Source: an uncultured Chloroflexia bacterium
GTDB taxonomy: Bacteria > Chloroflexota > Limnocylindria > Limnocylindrales > CSP1-4
Assembly (NCBI GenBank): GCA_963700245.1
Contig: CAVOWV010000022.1
Location: 220,787 to 284,786 of the forward strand
Reading direction: 5' to 3'
DNA length: 64,000 nt
How positions within the stretch are numbered: position 1 is the stretch's first letter; the number at the start of each line of letters is the position of its first letter. A model generated the notes under the pieces. It did not search any database. It was not told the origin of the DNA and worked only from the letters and a program-made list of their open reading frames with translations. Of this stretch, positions 1 through 8,208 are shown piece after piece. The translations under genes were made by a program, and so were the position numbers.

Positions 1-646
1 GACCCCGGCGGAGCGCGAGGCGAACGAGCGCGAGGGAGCCATCCTCGCCCGACTCAAGCCGGCCCTGGAGGCCGGCCGCCCGATCCGTGACGAGCCGCTC
101 GATCCCGACGAGGAGAAGGCCCTGCGCGGCTTCCGGTTCCTGACCCAGAAGCCGGTCCTCGTGCTGCTCAACATCGGGGAGGACGAGCTGGCCGGTGCGC
201 CGGCGCTGATCGAGACCATCAAGGCCGGCTACTCGCACCGCCACGCGATGGTGGATGCGCTCTCGGCGAAGATCGAGATGGAGCTCGGCGAGCTGGACCC
301 CGAGGAGGCCGCCGTCTTCATGGAGGAGCTCGGCCTCGCGGAGTCGGCGCTCGATCGGGTGATCAAGCTCTCCTACCGCCTGGTCGGGCTGATCTCGTTC
401 CTGACCGCGGGTCCGGACGAGGTCCGGGCCTGGCCGATCCCGGACGGCTCGAACGCGGTCGATGCCGCGGGCGCGATCCACACGGACCTCGCGCGCGGGT
501 TCATCCGGGCGGAGACGATCGCGTACGAGGAGCTGCTGGCCATGGGGTCGATCGCCGAGGCCAAGAAGCACGGCAAGGTCCGCTCCGAGGGCAAGACCTA
601 CCACGTCCGCGATGGCGACGTGATCGAGATCCTGTTCAGCCGCTAG
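1..646 (+). CDS. ychF: Ribosome-binding ATPase YchF, C-terminal part (5' end lies outside the window)
   Basis: The frame is open from the window edge (..FRFLTQKPVLVLLNIGE..). It has a YchF/OLA1-type C-terminus (HTDLARGFIRAETIAYEELL..KVRSEGKTYHVRDGDVIEILF). Stop TAG at 644-646. Confidence 0.9.
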   Translation, partial: TPAEREANEREGAILARLKPALEAGRPIRDEPLDPDEEKALRGFRFLTQKPVLVLLNIGEDELAGAPALIETIKAGYSHRHAMVDALSAKIEMELGELDPEEAAVFMEELGLAESALDRVIKLSYRLVGLISFLTAGPDEVRAWPIPDGSNAVDAAGAIHTDLARGFIRAETIAYEELLAMGSIAEAKKHGKVRSEGKTYHVRDGDVIEILFSR

Positions 647-846
647 TGCGGCCACCCAGCCCTGTCCGCACCGCCCCGACTCGGCACCGGGTCAAACCGG
701 GGGTGTCGCCGAGGAGCTGAGGCCCGAACCCTGCAGGATCGCCGCTGAGGTTCTCGGCAGGCAGTCCGAAATGACTCTGGGGCGGGTCAGGGCGGTCGCT
801 CACACGGCCAGCCCTGTCCGGACCGCGCCCGACCCACGTCGCGCCC

Positions 847-1189
847 TCAGTTCGGGCGCTCGTTCTCCGTCTGGAGGTCGGCCAGGATCGTCGCGTAGTC
901 AACGCTGTCCGGCTCGTCGTCGAGGTCCGCGAGGAAGTTCTCCTCGTCATCGCGCGAGACGTTGACGGCGGCGGTCAGGCGGTCGTTGGTGACGGCGATG
1001 AATTCATAGTCGCGTTCGAGCTCGTCCGCGATCGCCTCGACGAGCGTGGCCTGCTCGAAGGAGTCCACGACGCGCCGCCGGATCGACTGGACGACGTCGA
1101 AGAAGTCCTCGGGTTCCATCTCCTCCTCGCGGGCGAGGAGGAGATCGGCGAAGACGTCGTCGTCGCCCTCGTGAAGCTCGTAGAAGTGC
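847..1189 (-). CDS. Small, strongly acidic hypothetical protein (113 aa)
   Basis: ORF 847-1416 trimmed to the ATG at 1189 (MHFYELHEGDDDVF..). The upstream part of the ORF is Pro/Arg-rich shadow sequence. GC3 is high. I recognise no family. Confidence 0.5.
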
Positions 1190-1298
1190 ATGATGTACAA
1201 CCTCGGTCGGGAGCGGCCGGGTGCTGCGGCCGCTGGTGCACCGGCGTGCGCGGGAGTGGCCAGTATAGGCGGGTCCACCCGGACCCCCGGAGGGACCG

Positions 1299-2213
1299 AT
1301 GGACGAAGCACCCGCGGTCGTGGTGGTGGGCGCGGCCTGCCGGGACCTGGTCGACGACGACGAACGTGGCTGGCGCCTCGGGGGTGGGGCATCGTACTCG
1401 GCCCTGGCGCTTGCACGCCTCGGGATCAGGGTCGGCGCCCTCGTCGTCGCCGACGAGCTCGCGACGAGCTCGCGGGAGCTGAACACCATCCGCGATGCCG
1501 GCGTGGACGTCCGCGTGATCCCCGGCAGCAGGGGGCCGATCTTCATCAACATCGAGACGCCGACCGGCCGCATCCAGCAGACGCCACAGGTCTCCGACGC
1601 CGTCGATCCCAGGGCGCTCCCGCCCGGGTGGCGGGACGCGCGGGCCTGGGTGTTCGCGCCGGTGGCCGCCGAGGTACGGGACGAGTGGGCCGACATCCCA
1701 CGCCCGGATGCGCTCGTGGCACTCGGCTGGCAGGGCCTGCTCCGGGTGCTCCGCGACGGCGCCCCTGTCCATCACCTGCCGCCCGGGCCGTCGCCCGTGG
1801 TCCGACGCGCGAACCTGGTCGGTGTCGGCAGCGACGACGTGGACGACGCGACCACTCCCGCGCACCTCGCCGCGTTCATGCATCCTGGAGCCACGCTCCT
1901 GTTCACTGACGGCGTGCACGGCGGCACTGCCTACAGGGTGGGGGAGCGCCCCGACGAGCTCGACGCCCGCCACTGGCACAGCATCCCGATCCAGAAGTAC
2001 GTTGACCCTGTCGGTGCCGGGGACACGTTTCTTGCCGCGGTCTTCGCGGCCTGGGTGGATCCGGCCATCACCACGGGCTGGGACGGCCCCGACCCTGACC
2101 TGCGCCTCGGGGCGGCCTGCGGATCCTTGATCCTGGAGGGGCCCGGCGTATTCGGGGTCCCGTACCTCGAGGACGCCATCGAACGAATGCACGGCGGCGA
2201 CAACCCCGACTGA
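1299..2213 (+). CDS. PfkB/ribokinase-family carbohydrate kinase
   Basis: 304-aa ORF with a GGAGGG Shine-Dalgarno just upstream of the ATG. It has an N-terminal GGGASYSA motif and the C-terminal DPVGAGDTF motif typical of PfkB kinases. Confidence 0.85.
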   Translation: MDEAPAVVVVGAACRDLVDDDERGWRLGGGASYSALALARLGIRVGALVVADELATSSRELNTIRDAGVDVRVIPGSRGPIFINIETPTGRIQQTPQVSDAVDPRALPPGWRDARAWVFAPVAAEVRDEWADIPRPDALVALGWQGLLRVLRDGAPVHHLPPGPSPVVRRANLVGVGSDDVDDATTPAHLAAFMHPGATLLFTDGVHGGTAYRVGERPDELDARHWHSIPIQKYVDPVGAGDTFLAAVFAAWVDPAITTGWDGPDPDLRLGAACGSLILEGPGVFGVPYLEDAIERMHGGDNPD

Positions 2214-3701
2214 TCAAGGGCCGATCGCCGCGGACGCGGATCGGCGGCGGATCCGGGCGGCCAGGCGTGTCCCGCGCCGCTGCAGGTCCGCCTCCAGGCG
2301 TGGGTGTGCCCGGCCCGTCACGCGCAGCCGTTCGAGCAGGCGCCAGGCCGCTCGGGTCGCCGCGAGCGCACCGCCCGGGTCGTCGAGACGGTGCTCGCGG
2401 AGCTTCGCAACCTCGATCCAGGCGATGGCCCCGAGCCCTCCGCCGGCCGCCGCGGCCGCCTGCCATGCCTCGGCGGCCTCCGCCCAGCGTCCGAGCCGCC
2501 GCAGGGTCCGCGCACGCTCGGCGGCCAGGCGCTCGTCCGTCCAGCGGTCCGAGGGCGTGTCCCAGGCCGCAGCCGACGGCGATGGCCCCAGCGGACCGCC
2601 GCGCCCGTTCGCCAGTCCGCCGCGCCACCCAGGCCCGGGCGCTCGGCCACCGAAGTTGGGACGCACACGCGGCGACCACCACTCGTCGCGTTCCTCGTGC
2701 GAGGCCTCGCGCGCGACGGCCGGTGCGACCGCCGTCCGCCCGAACGGGTCCCGCACCGGCGGCGCGGCCGCGAGCGCGTCATCCAGGCACTCGAGCGCCT
2801 CGTCGTGGCGCCGATCCCGTGCATAGGCCCGGGCCAGGCCCGCGAGGTCTCCGCGTGGGGCTTCGTGGCGGGTCGCCCGGTCCGCGTAGCGGTGCTCGAC
2901 GTGAGCCAGCAGCAGGCCGAGTGACCGCACGTCCTTCTCGTTGTGGACGACGACCCCTGCCAGCGGTCCGATGGGGCCGCCGCGAAGCACCTCCAGGTAG
3001 ATCTGGGGGATCTCCCAGCCCTCGACGTCGCCGACGCGCGAGACCCCCAGGAGCTCCTCCTCCACGGTGCGCAGGCGCGCGTTCTCCATGCGGTGCCGGA
3101 ACACGCGCCGCACGAACGGAAGCAGGTCCAGGTGCCCGGCGTGCACCGGGGCGGGCCGTCCCGCGAGCCGGTAGCGCGCCTCGATCAGCGGCCAGTCGAA
3201 CCCGCGGCCGTTGTAGCTGACCAGCCAGGCGTCCGGCGTGACCCAGCGGGAGATCTCGGCCAGGAGCGCCGGCTCGTCCGCGTGGTCGGGGAGCAGGAGC
3301 TGGGTCTGCTGGAACATGGTCCCGTCCCAGCGCGCGAGCCCGACGAGGAACGCGAGCGTCCCGGCGGCGGTCGCAAGCCCGGTGGTCTCCGTGTCGAGGC
3401 AGACCAGTGGCGCGTCAGGCGGCGGCTGACCGGGCAGGCTGGCGAGCCGCTCGCGGTCGACCGGGATCTCGACCGGCTGAACGACGCGGCGCACGAGCAA
3501 CGCTCCCTCATCCGCGGTCACGTCGGCGCCGAGCGCGGCCGCGAGCCTCGCCGCAAGCTCCGGGCTCCGTCGCCCGGCGAAGGGGGCCCGGGCAGGTTCC
3601 TGGTCCGGGCCCACGGGCGCCCCACCGCCCCGCGCGAGCGAGGCCCGCAGGTTCGCGAGGCGTCGTTCCCGGGTGATCGGGCCGCCGACCTGCGTGGTCA
3701 T
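2214..3701 (-). CDS. RNase H-like 3'-5' exonuclease (YprB/MrfB-like) with an Ala/Trp-rich TPR-like C-terminal region
   Basis: ORF trimmed to the ATG at 3701 (MTTQVGGP..). It carries a DEDD-type motif (VCLDTETTGL) and ..SYNGRGFDWPL... Its start overlaps the upstream helicase stop as ATGA (3698-3701). The C-terminus has repeated helical A/W/R-rich segments. Confidence 0.75.
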   Translation of the reverse strand: MTTQVGGPITRERRLANLRASLARGGGAPVGPDQEPARAPFAGRRSPELAARLAAALGADVTADEGALLVRRVVQPVEIPVDRERLASLPGQPPPDAPLVCLDTETTGLATAAGTLAFLVGLARWDGTMFQQTQLLLPDHADEPALLAEISRWVTPDAWLVSYNGRGFDWPLIEARYRLAGRPAPVHAGHLDLLPFVRRVFRHRMENARLRTVEEELLGVSRVGDVEGWEIPQIYLEVLRGGPIGPLAGVVVHNEKDVRSLGLLLAHVEHRYADRATRHEAPRGDLAGLARAYARDRRHDEALECLDDALAAAPPVRDPFGRTAVAPAVAREASHEERDEWWSPRVRPNFGGRAPGPGWRGGLANGRGGPLGPSPSAAAWDTPSDRWTDERLAAERARTLRRLGRWAEAAEAWQAAAAAGGGLGAIAWIEVAKLREHRLDDPGGALAATRAAWRLLERLRVTGRAHPRLEADLQRRGTRLAARIRRRSASAAIGP

Positions 3702-6028
3702 GCGACCGCGGCCTGCTGCGATCCCGTGACGCCCGGCTGCGTGCCCTGCTCGGATCCGAGCGAGGCGAGCAGGCGCAGCGCCAGCGCCTTGCCGTCCACC
3801 TCGGGCTCCAGGCGAGGCCCGGTGCACGCCGGGCAGCCGGCCTGGCAGGGACAGGCGCGGATCAGCTCGGCGGCACCCACCACGAGCTCCTCGTGGCGCG
3901 CGAACAGGCGCTCCGAGAGGCCCACGCCACCCGGCATGGCTTCGTAGAGGTAGATCGTCGGCGCCTCGTGGTGAGGAGAGCGGACCTGCGACACCAGCCC
4001 GAGGTCCCGCGGATCCACCATGAGGAGCACCGCGGCCACGGCCTGGATGGCCCGCCCGGCGCCGATCAGTGCCACGTCAAGCTCGTCCCGCCGCCAGCCC
4101 GTTGCCGCCCGTTCCGCGGTGAGCCAGTACGCGGTCGTCTGGAGCTCGATCTCGGGGAGGTCGATCGGTCCCCAGCCCACGTTCTCGTCGGTGACGAACT
4201 TGAGCTTCTTGTAGAGCGTCACGAGGCTCGCGACCATGACCTCGCCGTGGACACGCGTGCCGCCCGCGGCCGGTGCGCTGGCGAACACGTCGAGCGGCTT
4301 GAGCGTCACGGCGCGGTTCGCGTAGGTGTAATGGTCCGCGTCGATCCGGTGGACGTACGCCTTGCGCTCACCCCACTCGAGGCGGTCCACGTGGTACTGC
4401 GCGGACTCGTGCATGTAGATGGCGTGCTGGTGCACGAGGACCTGGGCGGAGAACAGGTCCACCTCGCCCAGGACACGCGGACGATCCGGCGTCGTGTCGA
4501 TGATCACCACGTTCTCGGGCGCCGCGGCCCGCAGCGAGACCTCCGAGGCCGGGAAGTTCTCCGAGCTCCAGTACCAGCGCCCATCGTCCGCCTGGCGCAC
4601 GTGCCCGCCCTCGGCCAGGAACGCGAGCAGGTCGTCCGCGGGCCCGGGTCCGAACCACTCGCCGGGCTCGAACGGGAGCTCGAACGTCGCCGCCCTGATG
4701 TGGGCGAGCAGGACATGGAGGTTGTCGGGGTCCAGCCGCGCCTCCTCCGGCCGTCCGCCGAGGACGAACTCGGGGTGGTGGATCACGTACTGGTCCACGG
4801 GCGCCGGTGATGCCACCAGAACGGCCACGCTCACGTCGCCGCGACGCCCGGCGCGGCCCATCTGCTGCCAGGTCCCGGCGATGGATCCCGGGTAGCCCGC
4901 GAGCACGGCCACGTCGAGGCGTCCGATATCGACCCCCAGCTCCAGGGCGTTCGTGCTGACCACTCCCAGCACCTCGCCGTCCCGCAGGCCGCGCTCGATG
5001 GACCGGCGCTCCGTGGGCAGGTAGCCGCCCCGGTAGCCGCGGATGCGGTTTCGCGGCCCGAGGTCCTGGCGCAGCGTCTCGCGCAGGTTCGAGAGCATGA
5101 TCTCCACCGCCACCCGCGACTTGCCGAAGACCACCGTCTGACGGCCCGCCCGCAGGAATGGCAGGGCCCACCGCTGGGCGAGCGTCAGGGCGGATCCCCG
5201 CGCTCCGGTGGCGGCGTCCATGACCGGCGGGTCCACGAGCAGCAGGTGCTTCTCGCCGGCCGGAGCGCCGTTGCGGTCGATCAGCTGGACCGGGCGACCC
5301 GTGAGCGTCTCCGCCAGCTCGGCCGGGTTCCCGATGGTCGCCGAGCAGCACACGATGACCGGGTTCGAGCCGTAATGGGCGCAGAGGCGCAGCAGCCGCC
5401 GCAGCACGTTGGCGACATGGGATCCGAACACGCCCCGGTACATGTGCAGCTCGTCGATCACGATCACCCGCAGCTGCTCGAACAGCTGGAACCACTTCGT
5501 GTGGTGGGGGAGGATGGCCGAGTGGAGCATGTCCGGGTTCGTGACCACGACCTGTCCGGCCTTGCGGATCGCCGAGCGGATCGGCGCCGGCGTGTCCCCG
5601 TCATAGCAGGCCGACGCCACCTCGAGCCCGGCGTCCAGCACCAGCTCCCCGAACTCCGCCACCTGGTCCTGGCCGAGCGCCTTCGTGGGGAACAGGAACA
5701 GCGCCCGTGCCGATGGGTCCTCCGCAAGCGCCTGGAGGACGGGCACGGTGTAGCAGAGCGACTTGCCGGATGCGGTGGGCGTCACGACGACGACGTCCCG
5801 GCCCGCATGTACGGCCTCGATCGCGTCCGCCTGGTGGGTGTACGGGTTCTCGATCCCGCGCTTCGCCAGCCCGGACCGGATCCGCGGATCCAGCCAGTCC
5901 GGCCACGCTCCATGGACCGCCGCCCGAGCCGCGCGCACCTCGTGGTGGACGACGCCGCGGGCGAGCGACGGCTCGTCGAGCAGCTGGTCCAGCACGGCCC
6001 GAGTGGTGGCAGGGGCGTAGGTTCTCAT
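3698..6028 (-). CDS. DEAD/DEAH-box helicase with a C-terminal DUF1998-type 4-Cys domain (YprA/MrfA-like)
   Basis: ORF 3698-6529 trimmed to the ATG at 6028 (MRTYAPATT..). Helicase motifs: I TPTASGKSLCY, II VIDELH, III SATIGN, VI QQMGRAGRRG. C-terminal Cys cluster CPCQAGCPACTG. A GGAGA Shine-Dalgarno lies upstream. Confidence 0.88.
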   Translation of the reverse strand: MRTYAPATTRAVLDQLLDEPSLARGVVHHEVRAARAAVHGAWPDWLDPRIRSGLAKRGIENPYTHQADAIEAVHAGRDVVVVTPTASGKSLCYTVPVLQALAEDPSARALFLFPTKALGQDQVAEFGELVLDAGLEVASACYDGDTPAPIRSAIRKAGQVVVTNPDMLHSAILPHHTKWFQLFEQLRVIVIDELHMYRGVFGSHVANVLRRLLRLCAHYGSNPVIVCCSATIGNPAELAETLTGRPVQLIDRNGAPAGEKHLLLVDPPVMDAATGARGSALTLAQRWALPFLRAGRQTVVFGKSRVAVEIMLSNLRETLRQDLGPRNRIRGYRGGYLPTERRSIERGLRDGEVLGVVSTNALELGVDIGRLDVAVLAGYPGSIAGTWQQMGRAGRRGDVSVAVLVASPAPVDQYVIHHPEFVLGGRPEEARLDPDNLHVLLAHIRAATFELPFEPGEWFGPGPADDLLAFLAEGGHVRQADDGRWYWSSENFPASEVSLRAAAPENVVIIDTTPDRPRVLGEVDLFSAQVLVHQHAIYMHESAQYHVDRLEWGERKAYVHRIDADHYTYANRAVTLKPLDVFASAPAAGGTRVHGEVMVASLVTLYKKLKFVTDENVGWGPIDLPEIELQTTAYWLTAERAATGWRRDELDVALIGAGRAIQAVAAVLLMVDPRDLGLVSQVRSPHHEAPTIYLYEAMPGGVGLSERLFARHEELVVGAAELIRACPCQAGCPACTGPRLEPEVDGKALALRLLASLGSEQGTQPGVTGSQQAAVA

Positions 6029-6193
6029 GCCGTCTCCGGTCTGATATCGAACAGATGAGCGAATTGGGCGGAAGTCTACGCCAGCGTGGGCAGCCCGTGT
6101 GCCACCTTGGCTGTCACAGGCCGTGCACGAACCATCCGCCGCACACCGGAATCGCCCTGCCGATTCCGGGTTGACAGCGGAATCGAGCGAAGC

Positions 6194-6199
6194 TACCCT
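6194..6199 (+). promoter_or_regulatory. Putative -10 box (TACCCT), 7 nt before the ATG of the ftsB-like gene (leaderless layout)
   Basis: The layout is TACCCT-N7-ATG(6207) with no Shine-Dalgarno. The same geometry recurs at several other genes in the window. Confidence 0.3.
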
Positions 6200-6206
6200 C
6201 GGTCCA

Positions 6207-6746
6207 ATGCGCCGCCCAGCCCGTCGCCCCGATCCCGCGGCTTCCGAGACCGCCACCACCGACGCGCTCGCCCCGGAGCCCGGCGCCGTCGGCCCGACAC
6301 CCGTCGCGGCGGGAGCGATGGGGAGTCTGTCGGACCTGCCGGTGGCGGGTCTGACGCGACGCCGGATCGCCCTCCTCATCGGCGCGCTCGTGGCGGCCTG
6401 GGTGATCATCCTGTTCTCCCGCCAGGTCGGAGAGGCCAGTGAGGCGACCGCCCGCGCGGACGCGATGCGGGTCGCGAACGTGCAGCTGGAGTCCGAGGTC
6501 TCGGCGCTCGAGGCCGAGCTGGAGCTCATCCAGAAGCAGAGCTACATCTCGCTGGCGGCCCGCGAGTACCGCCTCGGGAAGGCCAGCGACGTCCCGTTCG
6601 CGTTGGCGGACGATGCCCCGGCACTGGCCGACGACGCTCCCGGGTCGGCGCTGGTCCGGCTGGGCACGCGGGCTGCGGAGCCCACCCCGCTCGAGTCCTG
6701 GGCCCGCCTGCTGTTCGGTGAGGCGGAGGCAGACGCCGGCAATTGA
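6207..6746 (+). CDS. Septum formation initiator family protein (FtsB/DivIC-like)
   Basis: Basic N-terminus, then one TM helix (IALLIGALVAAWVIILF), then a coiled-coil (VANVQLESEVSALEAELELIQKQSYISLAAREYRLG). The start choice is uncertain; an in-frame ATG also exists further downstream. Confidence 0.6.
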   Translation: MRRPARRPDPAASETATTDALAPEPGAVGPTPVAAGAMGSLSDLPVAGLTRRRIALLIGALVAAWVIILFSRQVGEASEATARADAMRVANVQLESEVSALEAELELIQKQSYISLAAREYRLGKASDVPFALADDAPALADDAPGSALVRLGTRAAEPTPLESWARLLFGEAEADAGN

Positions 6747-6776
6747 CCCGGGTCGCCGCGCCTGGATGAGCTGGAC

Positions 6777-7757
6777 CTAGCGCAGCATCGCCAGCGCGAC
6801 GGCACCGGCCTGGGCGCACGTCTCCGGGGAGACGACCACCCCGTTCGCGTTGGTCTCGAACGCCCCGTCCTCCAGCGCGGCCGGGTCGAGAAGGCTGACG
6901 TAGGCCAGGTTCCCGCCGGCGCGGACCAGGATGCCGAACGACCCGGTGTCGCTCATGCCCGTGCAGAACGCCTCGTCACCGACGCCGGCCGCATCGCCCG
7001 CGAAGTAGCCGCCCGCCTCGGCGTCCTGCCGTGCACGCTGGTAGTCACCCGACGCGTCACCACCGTCCTGGCGCGCAAGGCGTCCGGTCGCCGAGGCCGC
7101 CGAGCTTCCCACGATCCAGCAGGCCGGGGCATCCGGGAGCACGCGCCGGTCCAGCACCAGGCCGACGGTGCTGTCGACCAGGCCGCCCAGCGGCGCGGCC
7201 TGCACCTCGCCGCCGAGGGCCGCACCGAGCTCCTCGTTGCTGATCAGCTCGCAGGCCTTGATGGACCCGTCGGGACTGACGCCGAGATCCTCCGCGAACC
7301 GGATGCTGAAGATCGAGATCCCGATGATCCCGATGATCCCCAGGACGACGATGATCCCTCCGACGATCAGGCAGGCCTTCAGGCACCCATTGCCGGACGG
7401 TGCAGGCTGGGGGTTCCAGGCACCGGGCGGCGGCCCACCCGGCGTGCCCGGGGCGGGACCCCAGCCGCCGCCGGTCTGCTGCGGAGGAGCGCCCCACTGG
7501 CCGGCGGGCGGAGCGGCGGGCGGAGCGGAGTGCGGGCTGGGGGGCGGGGCGGCAGGCTGGCCGGACGCCGGCGGCGCACCCCAGCCGCCCGACACGGGGG
7601 GTTGACCGGTCGGGGCGTCCCATTGCGGAGGCTGGACGGTCCCGGACGCGGAGGAGGGAAGCGGGCCCGAGCCCCATCCGGCCGGCGCCGGCTCGGGTGC
7701 GCCTTCCGGGGATCGCCCGGTGGCGGGCAGGTCGCCCCCAGGTGCGTCGCTGGACAT
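6777..7757 (-). CDS. Membrane-anchored protein with a Pro/Gly-rich N-terminus, one TM helix and a Cys-containing extracytoplasmic domain
   Basis: 326-aa ORF. It has about 130 aa of PPxG/W-rich low-complexity sequence, a TM helix ([21 protein letters not shown]), then a globular domain of about 170 aa. I recognise no family with confidence. Confidence 0.55.
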   Translation of the reverse strand: MSSDAPGGDLPATGRSPEGAPEPAPAGWGSGPLPSSASGTVQPPQWDAPTGQPPVSGGWGAPPASGQPAAPPPSPHSAPPAAPPAGQWGAPPQQTGGGWGPAPGTPGGPPPGAWNPQPAPSGNGCLKACLIVGGIIVVLGIIGIIGISIFSIRFAEDLGVSPDGSIKACELISNEELGAALGGEVQAAPLGGLVDSTVGLVLDRRVLPDAPACWIVGSSAASATGRLARQDGGDASGDYQRARQDAEAGGYFAGDAAGVGDEAFCTGMSDTGSFGILVRAGGNLAYVSLLDPAALEDGAFETNANGVVVSPETCAQAGAVALAMLR

Positions 7758-7880
7758 CGCGCCCTCCGGTGTGGATATGCGTGGCGCTCGCCATTCTCGC
7801 CGGTGGAGGGGGCGTCCGTCACGTCCGCGATCAGGTCCGGCACCGGGCAGGTGCTTCCGCCCGGCGACGGAGATCTGGTC

Positions 7881-7886
7881 TACAAT
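7881..7886 (+). promoter_or_regulatory. Putative -10 box (TACAAT) for the tRNA gene
   Basis: A TACAAT hexamer lies 10 nt upstream of the mature tRNA 5' end. I see no clear -35 element. Confidence 0.45.
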
Positions 7887-7896
7887 CCACCGCCGT

Positions 7897-7971
7897 GGCA
7901 GGGTAGCTCAGTGGCAGAGCAAGCGGCTCATAATCGCTAGGTCGCTGGTTCGAATCCAGCCCCTGCTACCA
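7897..7971 (+). tRNA. tRNA with a CAU anticodon (elongator tRNA-Met, or tRNA-Ile2 if C34 is modified); CCA is encoded
   Basis: Manually folded cloverleaf. Acceptor GGCAGGG/CCCTGCT (G1-U72 wobble). D arm GCTC-AGTGGCA-GAGC. Anticodon arm AGCGG-CTCATAA-TCGCT. Variable loop AGGTC. T arm GCTGG-TTCGAAT-CCAGC. Then A-CCA. It lacks the three G-C pairs of initiator anticodon stems. Confidence 0.9.
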
Positions 7972-7987
7972 CCCTTCGCGATCCGCG

Positions 7988-8010
7988 CGCCCGGGCCCCG
8001 TGCCCGGGCG
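7988..8010 (+). terminator. GC-rich hairpin downstream of the tRNA
   Basis: CGCCCGGGC-ccccgt-GCCCGGGCG forms a 9-bp perfect stem, followed by TTCGTG. There is no long U-tract. Confidence 0.4.
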
Positions 8011-8208
8011 TTCGTGCGCCACCCACCGAAACGTGGCGAATCCCTAACCGTTCGTGAACGGCGTCGCTCCCATCCATGGGCGATGCTGGGGCGAATCAGG
8101 ATCGACGATCGGGAGCACGGTGCCGGAACGGGCGCCGCGAGGACCCGAAGGTATACTCCACGCACCCCCGGCGTCCCTGCCGGCCTGTCGGACTCGGAGG
8201 CGCTCCGT

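Noticed and set aside
3698-6028. Reading the DUF1998 helicase as part of a DISARM-like defence system.
   Set aside because: DISARM requires additional genes (methyltransferase, a PLD or SNF2 partner, a separate DUF1998 protein). Here the only partner is an RNase H-like nuclease, in the YprA/YprB (MrfAB) repair arrangement, flanked by housekeeping genes.
7972-8208. The 237-nt tRNA-ftsH spacer as a riboswitch or ncRNA, and the in-frame ATG at 8083 as the ftsH start.
   Set aside because: I recognised no riboswitch consensus. The ATG at 8083 would add an atypical, poorly composed 42-aa extension and has no Shine-Dalgarno. The TTG at 8209 follows a GGAGG at proper spacing and gives the usual short FtsH N-terminus.
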